A stretch of 64,000 nt of DNA from assembly GCA_016748015.1 (NCBI GenBank), contig JAAOMT010000275.1, forward strand, positions 1 to 64,000, given 5' to 3'. Below, in pieces: positions 14,401-27,089 of this stretch; positions within the stretch are counted from its first letter, which is position 1; each line of letters opens with the position of its first letter. Made by a program: the position numbers and the translations under genes. This DNA comes from Geosiphon pyriformis uo1 (lineage: Eukaryota > Fungi > Glomeromycota). The notes under the pieces are model-generated. The model was given only the letters and a program-made list of their open reading frames with translations. It was not told the DNA's origin and did no database searches.

Positions 14401-17052
14401 ATTATTATTGCAAACCATGTTACTGTAAACAGTATAGATACTCTAAACATCAAGACAAGTGGGACAATAAACCATGTCTCACTTATAAAGAGCAGTTGCT
14501 TGACAAAAGGATGTGAAATGACATTTCTGGTTAAAAAAAATGTACAATATTTCATGCCAGTACACAATCCTCATTAGCAACTGAATGAATCATGGAACAC
14601 CCATTAATGCAACATGGCATTGAGCAATCTCTTACTTAGATGGTTATCCATACAATGAGGACAAAATCTGACAAATGGTAAATGCCAAAATAGTAGGTGC
14701 TTTATCTCATAAGATCTTAGAAATAAAAAACAACTCACCAAAACCAATTGAAATTGTTCTTATTCTCAATCCAAACACATTTTGGATATTAAGACAGTTC
14801 TAAAAGAGTTTTATGAACACTACTAAAATTTAGCACCTACAAGAAAAGAGCAAAAACAGCATTTAAAACAACTAAACATCTGACTATGTAACCATTGTTT
14901 AATTCTATGTGACTTTCAATATTGTAATAATTGTAATCTTATTTACAATCTACCAACACACATAATCTACACAATTCTTGAAGAGAAAAAACCAATCAGC
15001 AGCTGTGCTTTAAAATCAGAATTGAAGTTCAATTTTGATTTAAACTTTGACAATAATGATAATAAAAACAATGATTCCAGCTCAGTCCAAAATGGCAATA
15101 ATAACAACAATTCAAACTTTGATTATAACTCTGAACAATACATCACACTTTTTAATCTTTCTAAGGAGCAAAAACTAAAATGATTCAGCAATAATAATGA
15201 AAATATTATGCCAGAATGTGTACATGATACTAATGCAAGATTTGACTTGAGATATTCAGAAAAAGATGCTATTAAATTGGAACCACATTTGCACATCTGC
15301 ATTGATCTGAAAGTAGTACTGAAAATTCCAGCAATGACAATAGTCCAACTAGCATCTAAGAGTAATTTAGTAAAAAAAAAATCAACATCAAAGGAGAAAT
15401 AATTGATGCAGGATATGTAGAAAATATTATTACAATGCTACAAAATGACTCAGAAAAAGAATATATCATTAAACCAAATGAAAAAATAACACAGACAATA
15501 TTCCTATCTTTGGTTAAAATAGCTCAGCTAGTATTAGTGAAAAAAAAGAAGAATTAGAGGTAACAGCAAGAGAAATAAATGAATTCAGATCCACAAATAG
15601 AATAGACATAACAGTTAATATGGCAGAAGAAAAAGTTATTAACAAGAGAGAAATTATCTTTATCTGTCAATCAATTTTTATTCTGCCATATAATCAATAT
15701 ATGTTAGCCATAGAAAAGAAAATAAAAGATCAAGCTCAAATTTTTGAAATAAAAACTACAATTTGTGAATCAGAAAAGATTGAATTCACCAATTTTTACA
15801 TACCAGCCAAAAGTCCTAAACATATCAAAATTTCCATCTACAACATAACTAAAAACATTATCAAAATACCAAAAAAAACCACCATAAGATATTTAAGCAC
15901 TGAAGTTAAAAACCAACCACCAAGCACTATTCCAAATTTTTCACAACTGTGTGGATATGTAGACATCATATTACAAACAATTTATAAACAAAAAAAATGT
16001 TATTTGCTTCAACCAAAACAATTGGAACAAATAAACTTGAGAAATCTAGACTCACTTCAAAGAATACAGCTCAAGATATTACTCAACAATTTCATAGATA
16101 TTTTCACAAGTAAAAATGAATTTGGCAGAACTGATATTATTCAACATTAAATCAAAACTGGAAATGCAATGCCAATTAAACAGAAAGCATACCAAGTGCC
16201 ACCAGCTAGCCATGAAATAATCCAACAAGAAATCAATTGAATATTGAACAATAGGTTAATTCAACCATTAATGAATCCATAGTCATTATCAGTAATACTA
16301 ATCTATAAGAAGAATAAGAAAATCTACTTTTGTGTGAATTACAAAAAGCTTAACAATATTACTTATGGAAACAGTTATCTAACTTTATGAATTCAAGAAT
16401 TATTTGATGCTTTTGGAGAAAAAAAATAATTTTTCACATTAGACTTGAATACTAGTTATTGGCAAGTAGCCATAAAACTAGAAGATAAAGAAAAGACTGC
16501 TTTTACAACCAAAGAAAAAAATTTTGAGTTTGAAGTAATGCCATTTGGCTTAACCAATGTCCCAATCATGTTTCAATAACTAATAGAAATTGTTTATACC
16601 AGACTGTTATGAAAATCAGTAGTCATATATTTGAATAACACCAATGTATTCTCAAAAACATTTGATAATTATTTGTATCATCTTTAGCAAATATTTGAGA
16701 GATTAAAAAGAGCAAAATTGAAACTGAATACAATCAAGTGCTTTTTCAGCAAAATGAAATTGAAAATTTTAAAACATGTTGTAAGCAAAGATAACATTAA
16801 AACAAATCCAGACAAGATTGAAATTGTTAAAAACTTTCTAATACCAACAAACTTGATAAAACTATGGGCATTCTTGAGATTTATTGGATACTACTACTGT
16901 TTTATACAGAACTTTTTAAAAATAGCTCAACTATTTCACCAGCTTTAAGCCAAGAATGTGAAATACAAATAGACTGAAGAGCAACAAGAAGCTTTTAACA
17001 CTTTAAGAAGAAAACTTATCTAAGCACTAGTATTAATCTATTCAGATCACAG
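11440..17052 (+). pseudogene. G1 gag-PR-Cys-rich-dUTPase-RT-(RH start)
   Basis: Gag capsid-like region 12310-12950; protease LILNSGSADSII; dUTPase HDTNARFDLRY (15208); RT remnants 16170-16950. Many in-frame stops. Confidence 0.88.
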
Positions 17053-17888
17053 TATTACTCATAGAATATAGAAAATATATTAGCATATAAAATAGCCAAT
17101 CAGAGATAGCCATAGTAAATGTGGAATTCCAGAATTTCTCTTAAGAAAAATTGTAGGATTCCAAAAATTTCAGGATTCTCTGTGCAAAGAATTGCAGGAT
17201 TCCAGGAAAATCAGGATTCTTGAGGTGAAAAATTGAAAAATTGAGGAATCTCAATTATATATATATAACAGTAGTATTAGAAGTAGAAAAAGCAGAATCC
17301 TTAGTTAGAAAATCTCTCAGTTTAGATTTCATTTAAGCAACTTTCCAATTCACAAAATATCAATAAATAATCATTTACTATCTCAATCCACTCTTTACTA
17401 TCAACACTTCATGTTGATAGTAATTGATACTTAATCACACTGGAACAATAGCTTTTGATCACAGCTATTGACGGGATACTAACTTGCAATTGCTTTTGTT
17501 ATTTTTCTTTATTTTCTTTTCTTTTTTTTTATTTCTTTTGTTATTTCTTTGGTTTTACTAAAATTGATTAAAAATTAAGTGCTAAGATACAGATGTCATA
17601 GGGACTGGTAAAAAACCCATGAAACAAGGGTAGAACACTCATAGATTTGAGGATAGCTTATTAGGAGAATTACCAACCACTACATTGAGAAAAAAATTTG
17701 ACAAAACTGTGGTTTCGGAAAGCTACAGATAAAACCATTAATTAAATCTCTGTCTATTATACAAAAAACTCAACTCTAAAACCTTCAGATACAACCAACG
17801 TATTAGTGTTACCAGCCTTGTCAAGATATTAAGCACCAAGTTACAGATTTGTTATTTGATTTGAGATCCCAAATAATTATCTGTAACA
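17053..17888 (+). repeat. G2 5' LTR
   Basis: Direct repeat of 26243-27085, with a gaattcca/gaattgca U3 array, TATA run ~17256, AATAAA at 17362, ending TGTAACA. Confidence 0.93.
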
Positions 17889-17890
17889 TT

Positions 17891-17908
17891 TGGTGCTTTT
17901 TGTGAGAT
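17891..17908 (+). promoter_or_regulatory. G2 primer-binding site
   Basis: TGGTGCTTTTTGTGAGAT lies 2 nt downstream of the LTR. Confidence 0.8.
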
Positions 17909-17947
17909 ATAATCTTACAGAGAACCAGCACCAACAACTAATCAACA

Positions 17948-20900
17948 GTGGCAGAATCAGAAAGTATAGAAGCAAACCATTTAGAATTCATGAAATCCTT
18001 ATTTCAACATTACTGTCAATACTTGGGATTAAATCACAATCATATATCAGCAGAATCAGTCTTCAATTTCTATGTCAACAAGAAAATTGTCTATTTGTTA
18101 GGGACACCAGTAAACACTGAATCAGTGAGAGAAACTTTCTACTATGAATTAATATAAAACACTAACTTACCAACAAATCATAATTTCGCATCCATTATTA
18201 CTGAAATTAACAAAGAAATTGAACATCACACACAACAAAGATACCCAATTACTTACTCAAGTAAAGGCAAAAAAAAACTACAAACACAAACAGTAACATC
18301 TTAACAGATCCAACCACCCACTTGGAAGAAACACAGAGTTGAATCACCCACAAATCCATCATATTATTATACTCTGGAAAGCACCATCCATATCATGTCA
18401 CCAAATGCATTCACATCAAATGTGACATCAACATTTGGATGATTTCCATTTCAAAGTAAACAAAAGAAAACAGAATTATTAGGCTCATATAGCAAATATT
18501 TTGAAGGATTTCAATTGCAAACACCAATGCCATCAGGAATCTGATCACCACCACCTTCACCAGATTTTGGGATAGCCAATTTATGGAAAGCATCAGAATC
18601 GGAAAAAGAAAGAGAATCAGAGGATCAAGAATTTACTTACCAGAACCTAATTCTAAAAAACTCGGAAGTTGAAACTCCGAATGTTCAAACTCCAAAAAAT
18701 TCAAATTAAAAAAATCCGGAAATTGAGACTCCAAATATTCAAACATCGAGGAATCAGAATATTTTAAACTCTGATTTAATCAATCAACTAAACTTATTTC
18801 CAAATATTGTCATAAATCAACCACCAATTGAACCAATTATTGAACTAATTCAACCGCAGCCATTTCAATCACTTCAACAACCACAACAGCCACTTTCATT
18901 ATCACAATAATACATTGTAGTGCCAATAGCATATGCTCCTATTGCCAAAATCAAAAAATTTACCAGCAAAAAAAACGATGTCCAAGTATGACTAAACAAT
19001 GTGGAAAAAGCCATTGCAGCCAACGGATGGAATGACGCCAAAGCCATGCAGGCCATTCCCTATTTTCTCCAGAATACTGCCAACTTATGATATCAAAGCT
19101 TGGCTAACAAACCCCAAGATTTTAATGCATTCAAGCTTGCATTTTTACAATACTTCAGCAATAATAATAGTATTAATTGACTAGCAAACACTTTTACCAC
19201 TATCAAACAAAGAGAAAATGAAGCAGTCACTACTTACCTAGAATGCTTTTACAGAAATCTGTGCCAAATTCAAGCAATCCAGGCTGATTATTTTACAGTG
19301 CCACAAATTTTAAACCAATTTATTAGAGGTCTGTGCAGTAGCATCCTCTAATGCATATGTCTAATGCATCCAGCAGATCTTTAAGCTGCAATTACCAATG
19401 CCAGAGATTTTAAAACAGCTGAACTCAAAGCTAACCATGTCCAAGTCATCAATCTAGTGATGAACAGATTATCTGAATTAGATTCTAAGTTGAAACAATT
19501 CAGTGATTCCATCAACCAAAAATTAGAGGAATACTTAGCTAACAATTAGGCAATCTATCAACCTCCACAACAATGCAATAATCAAAGAAACGTGAATTGT
19601 TTCCAGAATCAGTCACACCTATCATTTTTGACCAATCAGCAGTGGCAGCAGGAGACGCATGTTTGCCACTACTGTGGTAAACAAGGGCATTTAAAAATTG
19701 ACTGTAGGTTAAAAATAAATAATCAACGATTGGGAAATCAATATCAAAACCCCGATCACCAGTTTCCAACTTTAAATTACCAATCCAACCCAGCACCATA
19801 TTAATTGACTTATCTGCCAATGATACAACAGCCAATATATCAACTTCCAGTCTATCAACCACAGCCACCAGTAATGTATTAACCACCACAGCCACAAATA
19901 ATTTATTAGGCACCTGCAGTTCAAACACCATTATCTAACCCAGCTCAAATGACATCAGAAAACCCCAGATCCAGAGTAACCCAAAATTGGAGATTGGCAA
20001 TAGTGGTTCACCAACCAATTCCCAGTTCATCAAATCAACTATTAGGATTATGCCAGCAGAGTTCAGGAACCAGGTATAACCAAAACCCGAGTTCTCAGAA
20101 CTACTTAAGTCTTCTGGTTAGCCCAGAAGATGCTGCACCCAGTACACAAAAAACCAACCAAAGGACACTTACCAACAACATTCCACCCACAACTATCTCC
20201 TATGACAAATTGTTAGCCACAATCTTTCCATTTGAACTTGAAAAACCATCAGTAATCCCTCTATTTAGTGGAGCTGCCTTTGAAGAGAAACTCATTACTG
20301 CTATGTACATGGATGCCAAAGTTGATGGTCAGTCTATCAAACTAATATTAGATAGTGAATCAGCTAACAGCATCATCACAAAACAACTCATAGACCAATT
20401 AGGTCGCCAAGTTGATCAAGCTGCCAGTGCATGCATCATCACAGCTGATGGAACAACTAAAACTCCAATCAGTGAAATTAACGATTTACTAATTGAAATC
20501 AATGGCATCATCATGCCCATCAAAGTTCTCATGATGAAAGCAACACAATATCAAGCACTCATTGGCAATGACTGGTTGTCCAAAACTAATGCTGTACTTG
20601 ATTAGATGATTCAAAAACTGGCTCTCAGTCAGAATGGTTGACACATGTGGATACCAGTCACGTGTGGCCATTTCAAAACAATCAACCCAACACCCCTAAT
20701 TGAGTTCGAAAAAAAGAAAAAAAAACCTATCTGGGAAGCCTACTAAGTCTCGTGAGCCAATGAAAATCACAACAAACTGCTGCCAATACTATCGTGAGAC
20801 GACCAAGAAAAAAGGAAACAAAAGGAAATTGAACTTACCTGAAACATCAACAACAACTGAAAAACCAACAAAGACCAAGAGGAAGTAATAAATTAAGAGT

Positions 20901-23900
20901 GGAAAGAAAATAAAAATGAGAAAGAAAAGAGAAAGACAAAAAAAGAAGAATCAACATTCACAGACATCTACACCACTTATATTCACCTACCACTACAACC
21001 AACCAACTATCATTGACCAAAGCTTATATGCATTGATTACGGCAAGAAACTGTCATTAATGAGTGCATGCTGTGGCAATAATGAGGAATATCCAACCATG
21101 ACTAAATTTTATTGTTGTTCATGCATTGTAATACATTTTGGATAACCAAAGAGGCAAGAAAAATGGGACAACCAATCTTGTCTCGTTTGTAGAGAAACTT
21201 TCTTGGATGAAGGAATGTGGAATAACATTCCAGGATGAGGAGGAATGTGTGACAAATCATGTCAATACACAATCCTAATTAGCAATTGGGTTAAGAAAGG
21301 AACACCAATAGAAACTGCTTGGAGAAGAGCCATGAGATATCTGAACGGTTGTCCACATAACAATGATAAAATCTGGCAAATGGCACTCACTAAAATAGAA
21401 GGAGCATCAACTGAAGAGATCAGAGAAATTAAAAACAACCCACCAGAACCAATAGAACTTGACTGGGATTTAGAACCAGTCATAAACCTATTGGAACCAG
21501 AAAAATTTCACAAACACTACCAATGTTTGGCACCCACCAGAGAAGAGCAAAAACAACAGCTAGAACAATTAAACACCAGATTGTGCTGCCATTGTTTAAT
21601 TCCCAGTGACTTTGAATATTGTAATAAGTGTGACCTCATTTACAATCCACTACCACGCATAATCTACACAATCCCAGAAGAAAAAAAACCAATCAGCAGC
21701 TGTGTATCAGAATCAGAATCAGTTTTTGATCCCAATTCAAACTCCAACAATGATGATGACGAAAACACTGGTTCCAGCTCTGTTCAAATTGGCAACAAAA
21801 ATAATAGCAATTTGGACTCCAATTTAAATTCAGAAATATATATCACGCTCCCTGATCTCACCAAAAAACAGACCTTGAAATGGTTCAGTGATAATGAGAA
21901 AGGGATTATGTCAGAACGTGTACATAATACTGATACAGAGTTTGACCTGAGATATCCCAGAAAAAAAGCCATCAAACTAGAACCACATTTGCGCACATGT
22001 ATCAATTTAAAAATAGCAATAGAAATCTCAGCTACTACTATGGTTCAGTTAGCATCTAAAAGTAGTCTAGCAAAAAGAGGGATAAACATCAGAGGAGGAA
22101 TAATTGATATGAAATATGTAGAAAATATTATCGCAATATTACAAAATGACTCAGAAAAAGCCTATATTATAGAGCCAAATAAAAAGATAGCACAGGCAAT
22201 ATTCCTACTCCTGGTTAAAATAGCTCAGTTAATGTCAGTAGAAAACAGGAAAAAATACAGAAATTTAGATCAATAGATAGAATAGACATATCAGTTAATA
22301 TGGTGGAGGAAAAAATTATTGACAAAGGAGAAATTATCTCAACCTGTCAATCAATTTCCATTCCATCATATGACCAGTATATATTACATATAAAAAGAGA
22401 AGTAAAAAATCAGGCTCAGTTGTTTGAAGCAGAAGCCACCATTTGCAAATCAGGGGGGATTGGACTCACTAATCTTTACATATTAGCCAAAAGCCCCAAA
22501 AACATTAAAATTCTCATCTATAACATAATTGAAAGTGTCATTGAAATACCAAAGAGAACTATTATTGAATATTTGACTACTGAAGTTGAGGATCAACCAC
22601 CAAATCACATTCCAAATTTTTTACAGTTTTGTGGATATGTAAATATTACATTACAAACTATCTACAAATGAAGTGAATGTTATCTGCTCTAATCAGAACA
22701 ATTGGAACAGATGAACATGGAAATCTAGATTCACTTCAACAGATGCAACTCAAAATGTTACTCAACAATTTCAATAACATCTTTGCTAGCAAAAATAAAT
22801 TTGGCTAAACCAACATTATCTAGCATCAGATCAAGACTGGAAATGCAATGCCAATTAAACAAAGAGCATACAGAGTACTACCAGCTAGCCATGAGATCAT
22901 TCATCAAAAAATCAACCAGATGCTTGACAATGGGCTAATTCAGCCATCAATGAGTCCATGGTCGTTACCAGTAGTACTAGTCCATAAGAAGAATGAAAAA
23001 ATTTGTTTTTGTGTAGACTATCAGAAACTAAATGGAGTAACAAAAGGTAATAGCTATCCAATGCCAAAGATCCAAGAAGTATTCAATGCTTTTGGAGAAA
23101 ATAAATGGTTTTCAACACTGGATTTAGATAGTGGTTACTGGCAAGGAGCCATGGATCCAGCCAACAAAGAAAAAACAGCATTCACCACAAGAGAAAAAAA
23201 TTTTGAGTTTGAAGTCATGCCATTTGGCTTGATAAATGCTCCAGCAACATTCCAATGACTCATGGAAATTGTCTATACTGGATTACTATGGAAATCAGTA
23301 ATTGTATACTTGGATGACACCAATGTATTCTCAAAAACATTCAATGATCATTTGCATTATCTCCAACAAGTATTTGAAAGGTTAAGAAGAGCTGGATTAA
23401 AACTAAATGCAACCAAATGTTTCTTTGGAAAAACTGAACTCAAGTTTTTGGGACATGTGGTAAGCAAAGATGGAATCAAAACAAATTCAGACAAGATTGA
23501 AGTAGTTAAAAACTTTCCAGTACCAACCAACTTGCCAGAACTACGAGCATTTTTGGGATTCACAGGCTACTATCACCACTTTATCAAGGATTTTTCTAAA
23601 CTAGCTCAGCCACTTTACTATCTACAAACCAAGAATGTAAAGTATGAATGGACTGAAGCTTAACAAAAAAGCATTCGACACATTGAGAAGAAAGCTTATT
23701 CAAGCTTTAGTATTAATGTATCCAAATCACAACAAACCATTCATCATTACTACTGATGCATCAGATCAAGCATTGGGAGTAGTACTATTACAGAAAGGAC
23801 CCGATGGAAGAAAGCATCTAGTAACTTATGCCAGTAGAAGTTTAAGCCCAGCAGAAAAAAACTATAGAACTCTAGCACTGGAACACTTAGTAATCTATTG

Positions 23901-24111
23901 GGCTGTTATCAAATGGAGAGAATACTTGAACCAAAAGTTTGAAATATATATGGATCACAAAGGATTGATTTCAATCCAAAAACAAAAATTTGCAAACAAT
24001 TGCCATGCCAGATAAAAAATAAAACTTTTACCATTCAATTATACAGTACATTATAAAAAAGGAAAAGACAATAGAAATGCCGATGGATTGTCACGAATAA
24101 GACAAATCTAA
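17948..24111 (+). pseudogene. G2 gag-protease-Cys-rich-dUTPase-RT-RNaseH polyprotein
   Basis: Knuckle CHYCGKQGHLKIDC; protease LILDSESANSII; dUTPase (FDLRY, LASKSSL, GGIID.KY); RT (CVDYQKLN, LDLDSGYWQ, MPFGL.NAPATFQ, YLDD); RH (TTDAS, EKNY...LE, DHKGL, ADGLSR). Confidence 0.93.
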
Positions 24112-24142
24112 AAAACATTTCAACCCAAAAATATAACAAAAG

Positions 24143-25519
24143 ATGAACACACAAAAATACCAACAACTCCAGCATTATATAAATACTTAATTGTTCAAGG
24201 AGAAATTATCTTGAAAAGAACAAAACAACATAAAACAGCAATCAAAATATTTCATCAATTATCAAAATATACTTTACCAGAAAAACAGAAGAAATTCAGA
24301 CCAACCAATCAGAATAATTACAGAATCAGAAAAAGAAACAATATTGTTTAACATGCACTCAGATCCAACAGCAGAATATTTTCATAAAGAAGCAACCATA
24401 GAAAGAACCAAAAAAAGATACTATTGGTCATCAATGTATCCAGACATCATCCAATATGTTCAAAATTGTGATGCTTGTCAAAGAAAAGGAAGAACAAAAC
24501 CCAGTAAACCATTAAGACCAATCAAAGTGGGACAACTATTTGATCACATTAAAATCAACTTAGTCGAACCATTAACAATTACCAGCAGAGACAACAGATA
24601 TATTGCAGTAGCTATAGACTATCTCACAAAATGGCCAGAAGCAAAAACCATTCAAAGAGCAGATGCAGAATCCGTTGCCAAATTTGTTTATCAAGATTTG
24701 ATTTGTTGACACAGATGTTCAAAAAAATTATTATCAGATCAAGGAACTCACTTTGTAAATAAAACATTAGCAGAATTAAGCCAGAAATTCGAAATTAAAA
24801 GACCATTATCATTACCATATTATCCACAAACCAATAGATTAGTTGAAAGATTCAACAGAACATTGTATAAAGTAATTGCCAAAATTAGCCAAGAAAACCA
24901 GGACGAATGGGATTTGTTTATACTATCAGTATTATTTGCTTATTAGACAATAAAGCAAGATACTACACAAGCAACACTATTTGAATTAGTATATGGTAGG
25001 ACAGCAACATTACTAGTTGAGATAGAAGTAAACACATACCCAACAGAACCAATAACGGAAGAGAATTTCCAAGAAACATTGTTAAGAAGAACATATGACT
25101 TAATGGAAACTCTAGAAAACAAACAGCGAAGAGCAGCTGACAATATACAAAAGTCACAAGAAAAACAGAAAGAAAGACATGATAACCAACTACCAAGAAA
25201 ACCAGTTGAATTCAAGATTGGAGACAAAGTATTATTATATCATACCAAAGCAAAAAAACAATGGAGTGGAAAATTTGACCCCAAATGGGATGGACCATTT
25301 CATATAGAAGAAATTCTAAAAAATGGAGCTTATAAATTAAGATTGGACAGCAAAATCTTGACAAAAACAGCACATGGAAATCGACTGAAACCATATTACA
25401 ATATAGTATTACCATCTACTAATAACATTCCACAATTGGGAGTATAGAGACTAATAATCTGACCAAATGAGATTTCATGAGATTTAGAACCAATCATTGT
25501 TATCAACACAAACACATAA
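24143..25519 (+). pseudogene. G2 integrase (HHCC zinc finger, DDE core, GPY/F module)
   Basis: MHSDPTA...YYW...CDAC; DYLTKWPEA; SDQGTHF; VERFNRTL; FKIGDKVLL...KWDGPF...HGNRLKPY. The same frame continues through stops to DLEPIIVINTNT*. Confidence 0.9.
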
Positions 25520-25580
25520 AAGTGATCAACCAAAAAGAATATATAAAGACATGGTAGACACAACAAAAGATATCAGAAAA

Positions 25581-26228
25581 ATGGAGATTACCGATAACAT
25601 TCACTTACTAGCACAACAACTATTCTAACTGATTTAACAACAGAATATGGAAATTACTATCAATCAACAAATCATTTGATACCAAGATACTAGAAAGATA
25701 CCCAAATACAAAAGTAAAAAAAAAACAGAAAACACCATCGACAAAATAGTTCTAAAAATAAAATTAGCAATTGAGGAACCAACAAGTGTCACCACATATT
25801 AAAAGTTGACCAAAGAAACATGGAAATAGTAGATATACAAATTTCCAAAAAACTTCTGTTACTTCCACTTGGGACAACACTTGAACATTCAGAACTTATA
25901 TACAGATAAAACAAAACGATTATTCAACACAGTAATACTGCAACAACTAGAACAATTTGTAGAAAAGAACAATTTGACCACACAAGCAAGAGCCATCTAT
26001 TGGCTACATATGAGATTTCAATATAGACCAGAAATCTTACTCAATTTGGAATTGGACTTTATTATAATTAACCAAATAGGAAAAATGATCAATACCCAAT
26101 TTGAAGAATTGCAGAACCAGATAACCCAAATAATTCTTGAAAGAAAAGTTCAAAAAATACTCAATGACAAAGAATTAGAGTTAGGAGATTTAGGAGATTT
26201 GGGAGATCTCGACAGAGCTCAATATTAA
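25581..26228 (+). pseudogene. G2 extra ORF3 between pol and PPT (unknown function)
   Basis: Starts MEITDNIHLLAQQLF and ends ...DRAQY* against the PPT. A homologue is present in G1. Confidence 0.7.
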
Positions 26229-26242
26229 AAAGGAGGGAATAA

Positions 26243-27085
26243 TATTACTCATAAAATATAGAAAATATATTAGCATATAAAATAGCCAATCAGAGATAGC
26301 CATAGTAAATGTGGAATTCCAGGATTCTCTGTGCAAGGAATTGCAGAATTGCAGAATTCCAGAATTCCAGAATTCCTCTCAAAAGAAATTGCAGAATTCT
26401 AGGAAAATCAGAATTCCTGAGGTAAAGAATCAAAAAATTAAGGAATCTCAATTATATATATATAATAGTAGTGTTAAAAATAGAAAAGGCAGAATTCTTA
26501 GTTAGAAGACCTCTCAGTTTAGATTTCATCTAAGCAACTTTCCAATTCACAAAATATCAATAAATAATCATTTACTATCTCAATCTACTCTTTACTATCA
26601 ACACTTCATGTTAATAGTAATTGATACTTAACCACACTGGAACAATAGCTTTTGATTACAGCTATTAACAGGATACTAACTTGTAATTGCTTTTGTTATT
26701 TTTCTTTATTTTCTTTTATTTTCTTTTATTTCTTTTGTAATTTCTTTGGTTTTACTAAAATTGATTAAAAATTAAGTGTTAAAATATAGATGTTATAGGG
26801 ACTGGTAAAAGACTCATGAAACAAGGGTAAAATACTCATAGATTTGAGAATAGCTTACTAGGAGGATTACCAGCCACTACGCTGAGAAAAAAATTTGACA
26901 AAACTGTGGTTTTGGGAAGCTATGGATAAAACCATCAATTAAATCTCTGTCTATTATACAAAGAACTCAACTCTAAAACCTTTAGATACAACCAATATAC
27001 CAGTGTTACCAGTCTTGTCAAGATATTGAGCACCAAGTTACAGATTTGTTATTTGATTTGAGACCCCAAATAATCATCTGTAACA
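26243..27085 (+). repeat. G2 3' LTR
   Basis: Direct repeat of 17053-17888, preceded by the PPT and followed by the TSD. Confidence 0.93.
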
Positions 27086-27089
27086 ACAG

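Larger units (their letters stand above)
17053..27085 (+). mobile_element. Ty3/gypsy LTR retrotransposon G2 (nested in G1 RNase H)
   Basis: LTRs 17053-17888 and 26243-27085; TSD ACAG at 17049-17052 and 27086-27089. Removing it restores G1 ...Y-S-D-H-S-K-P-F-I-I-T-T. PBS at 17891; PPT aaaaaggagggaa ~26227-26239. Confidence 0.95.

Noticed and set aside
21880-22276. dUTPase as a stand-alone host or horizontally acquired gene
   Set aside because: It is in frame within the gypsy polyprotein, intronless, and at the same position in both elements.
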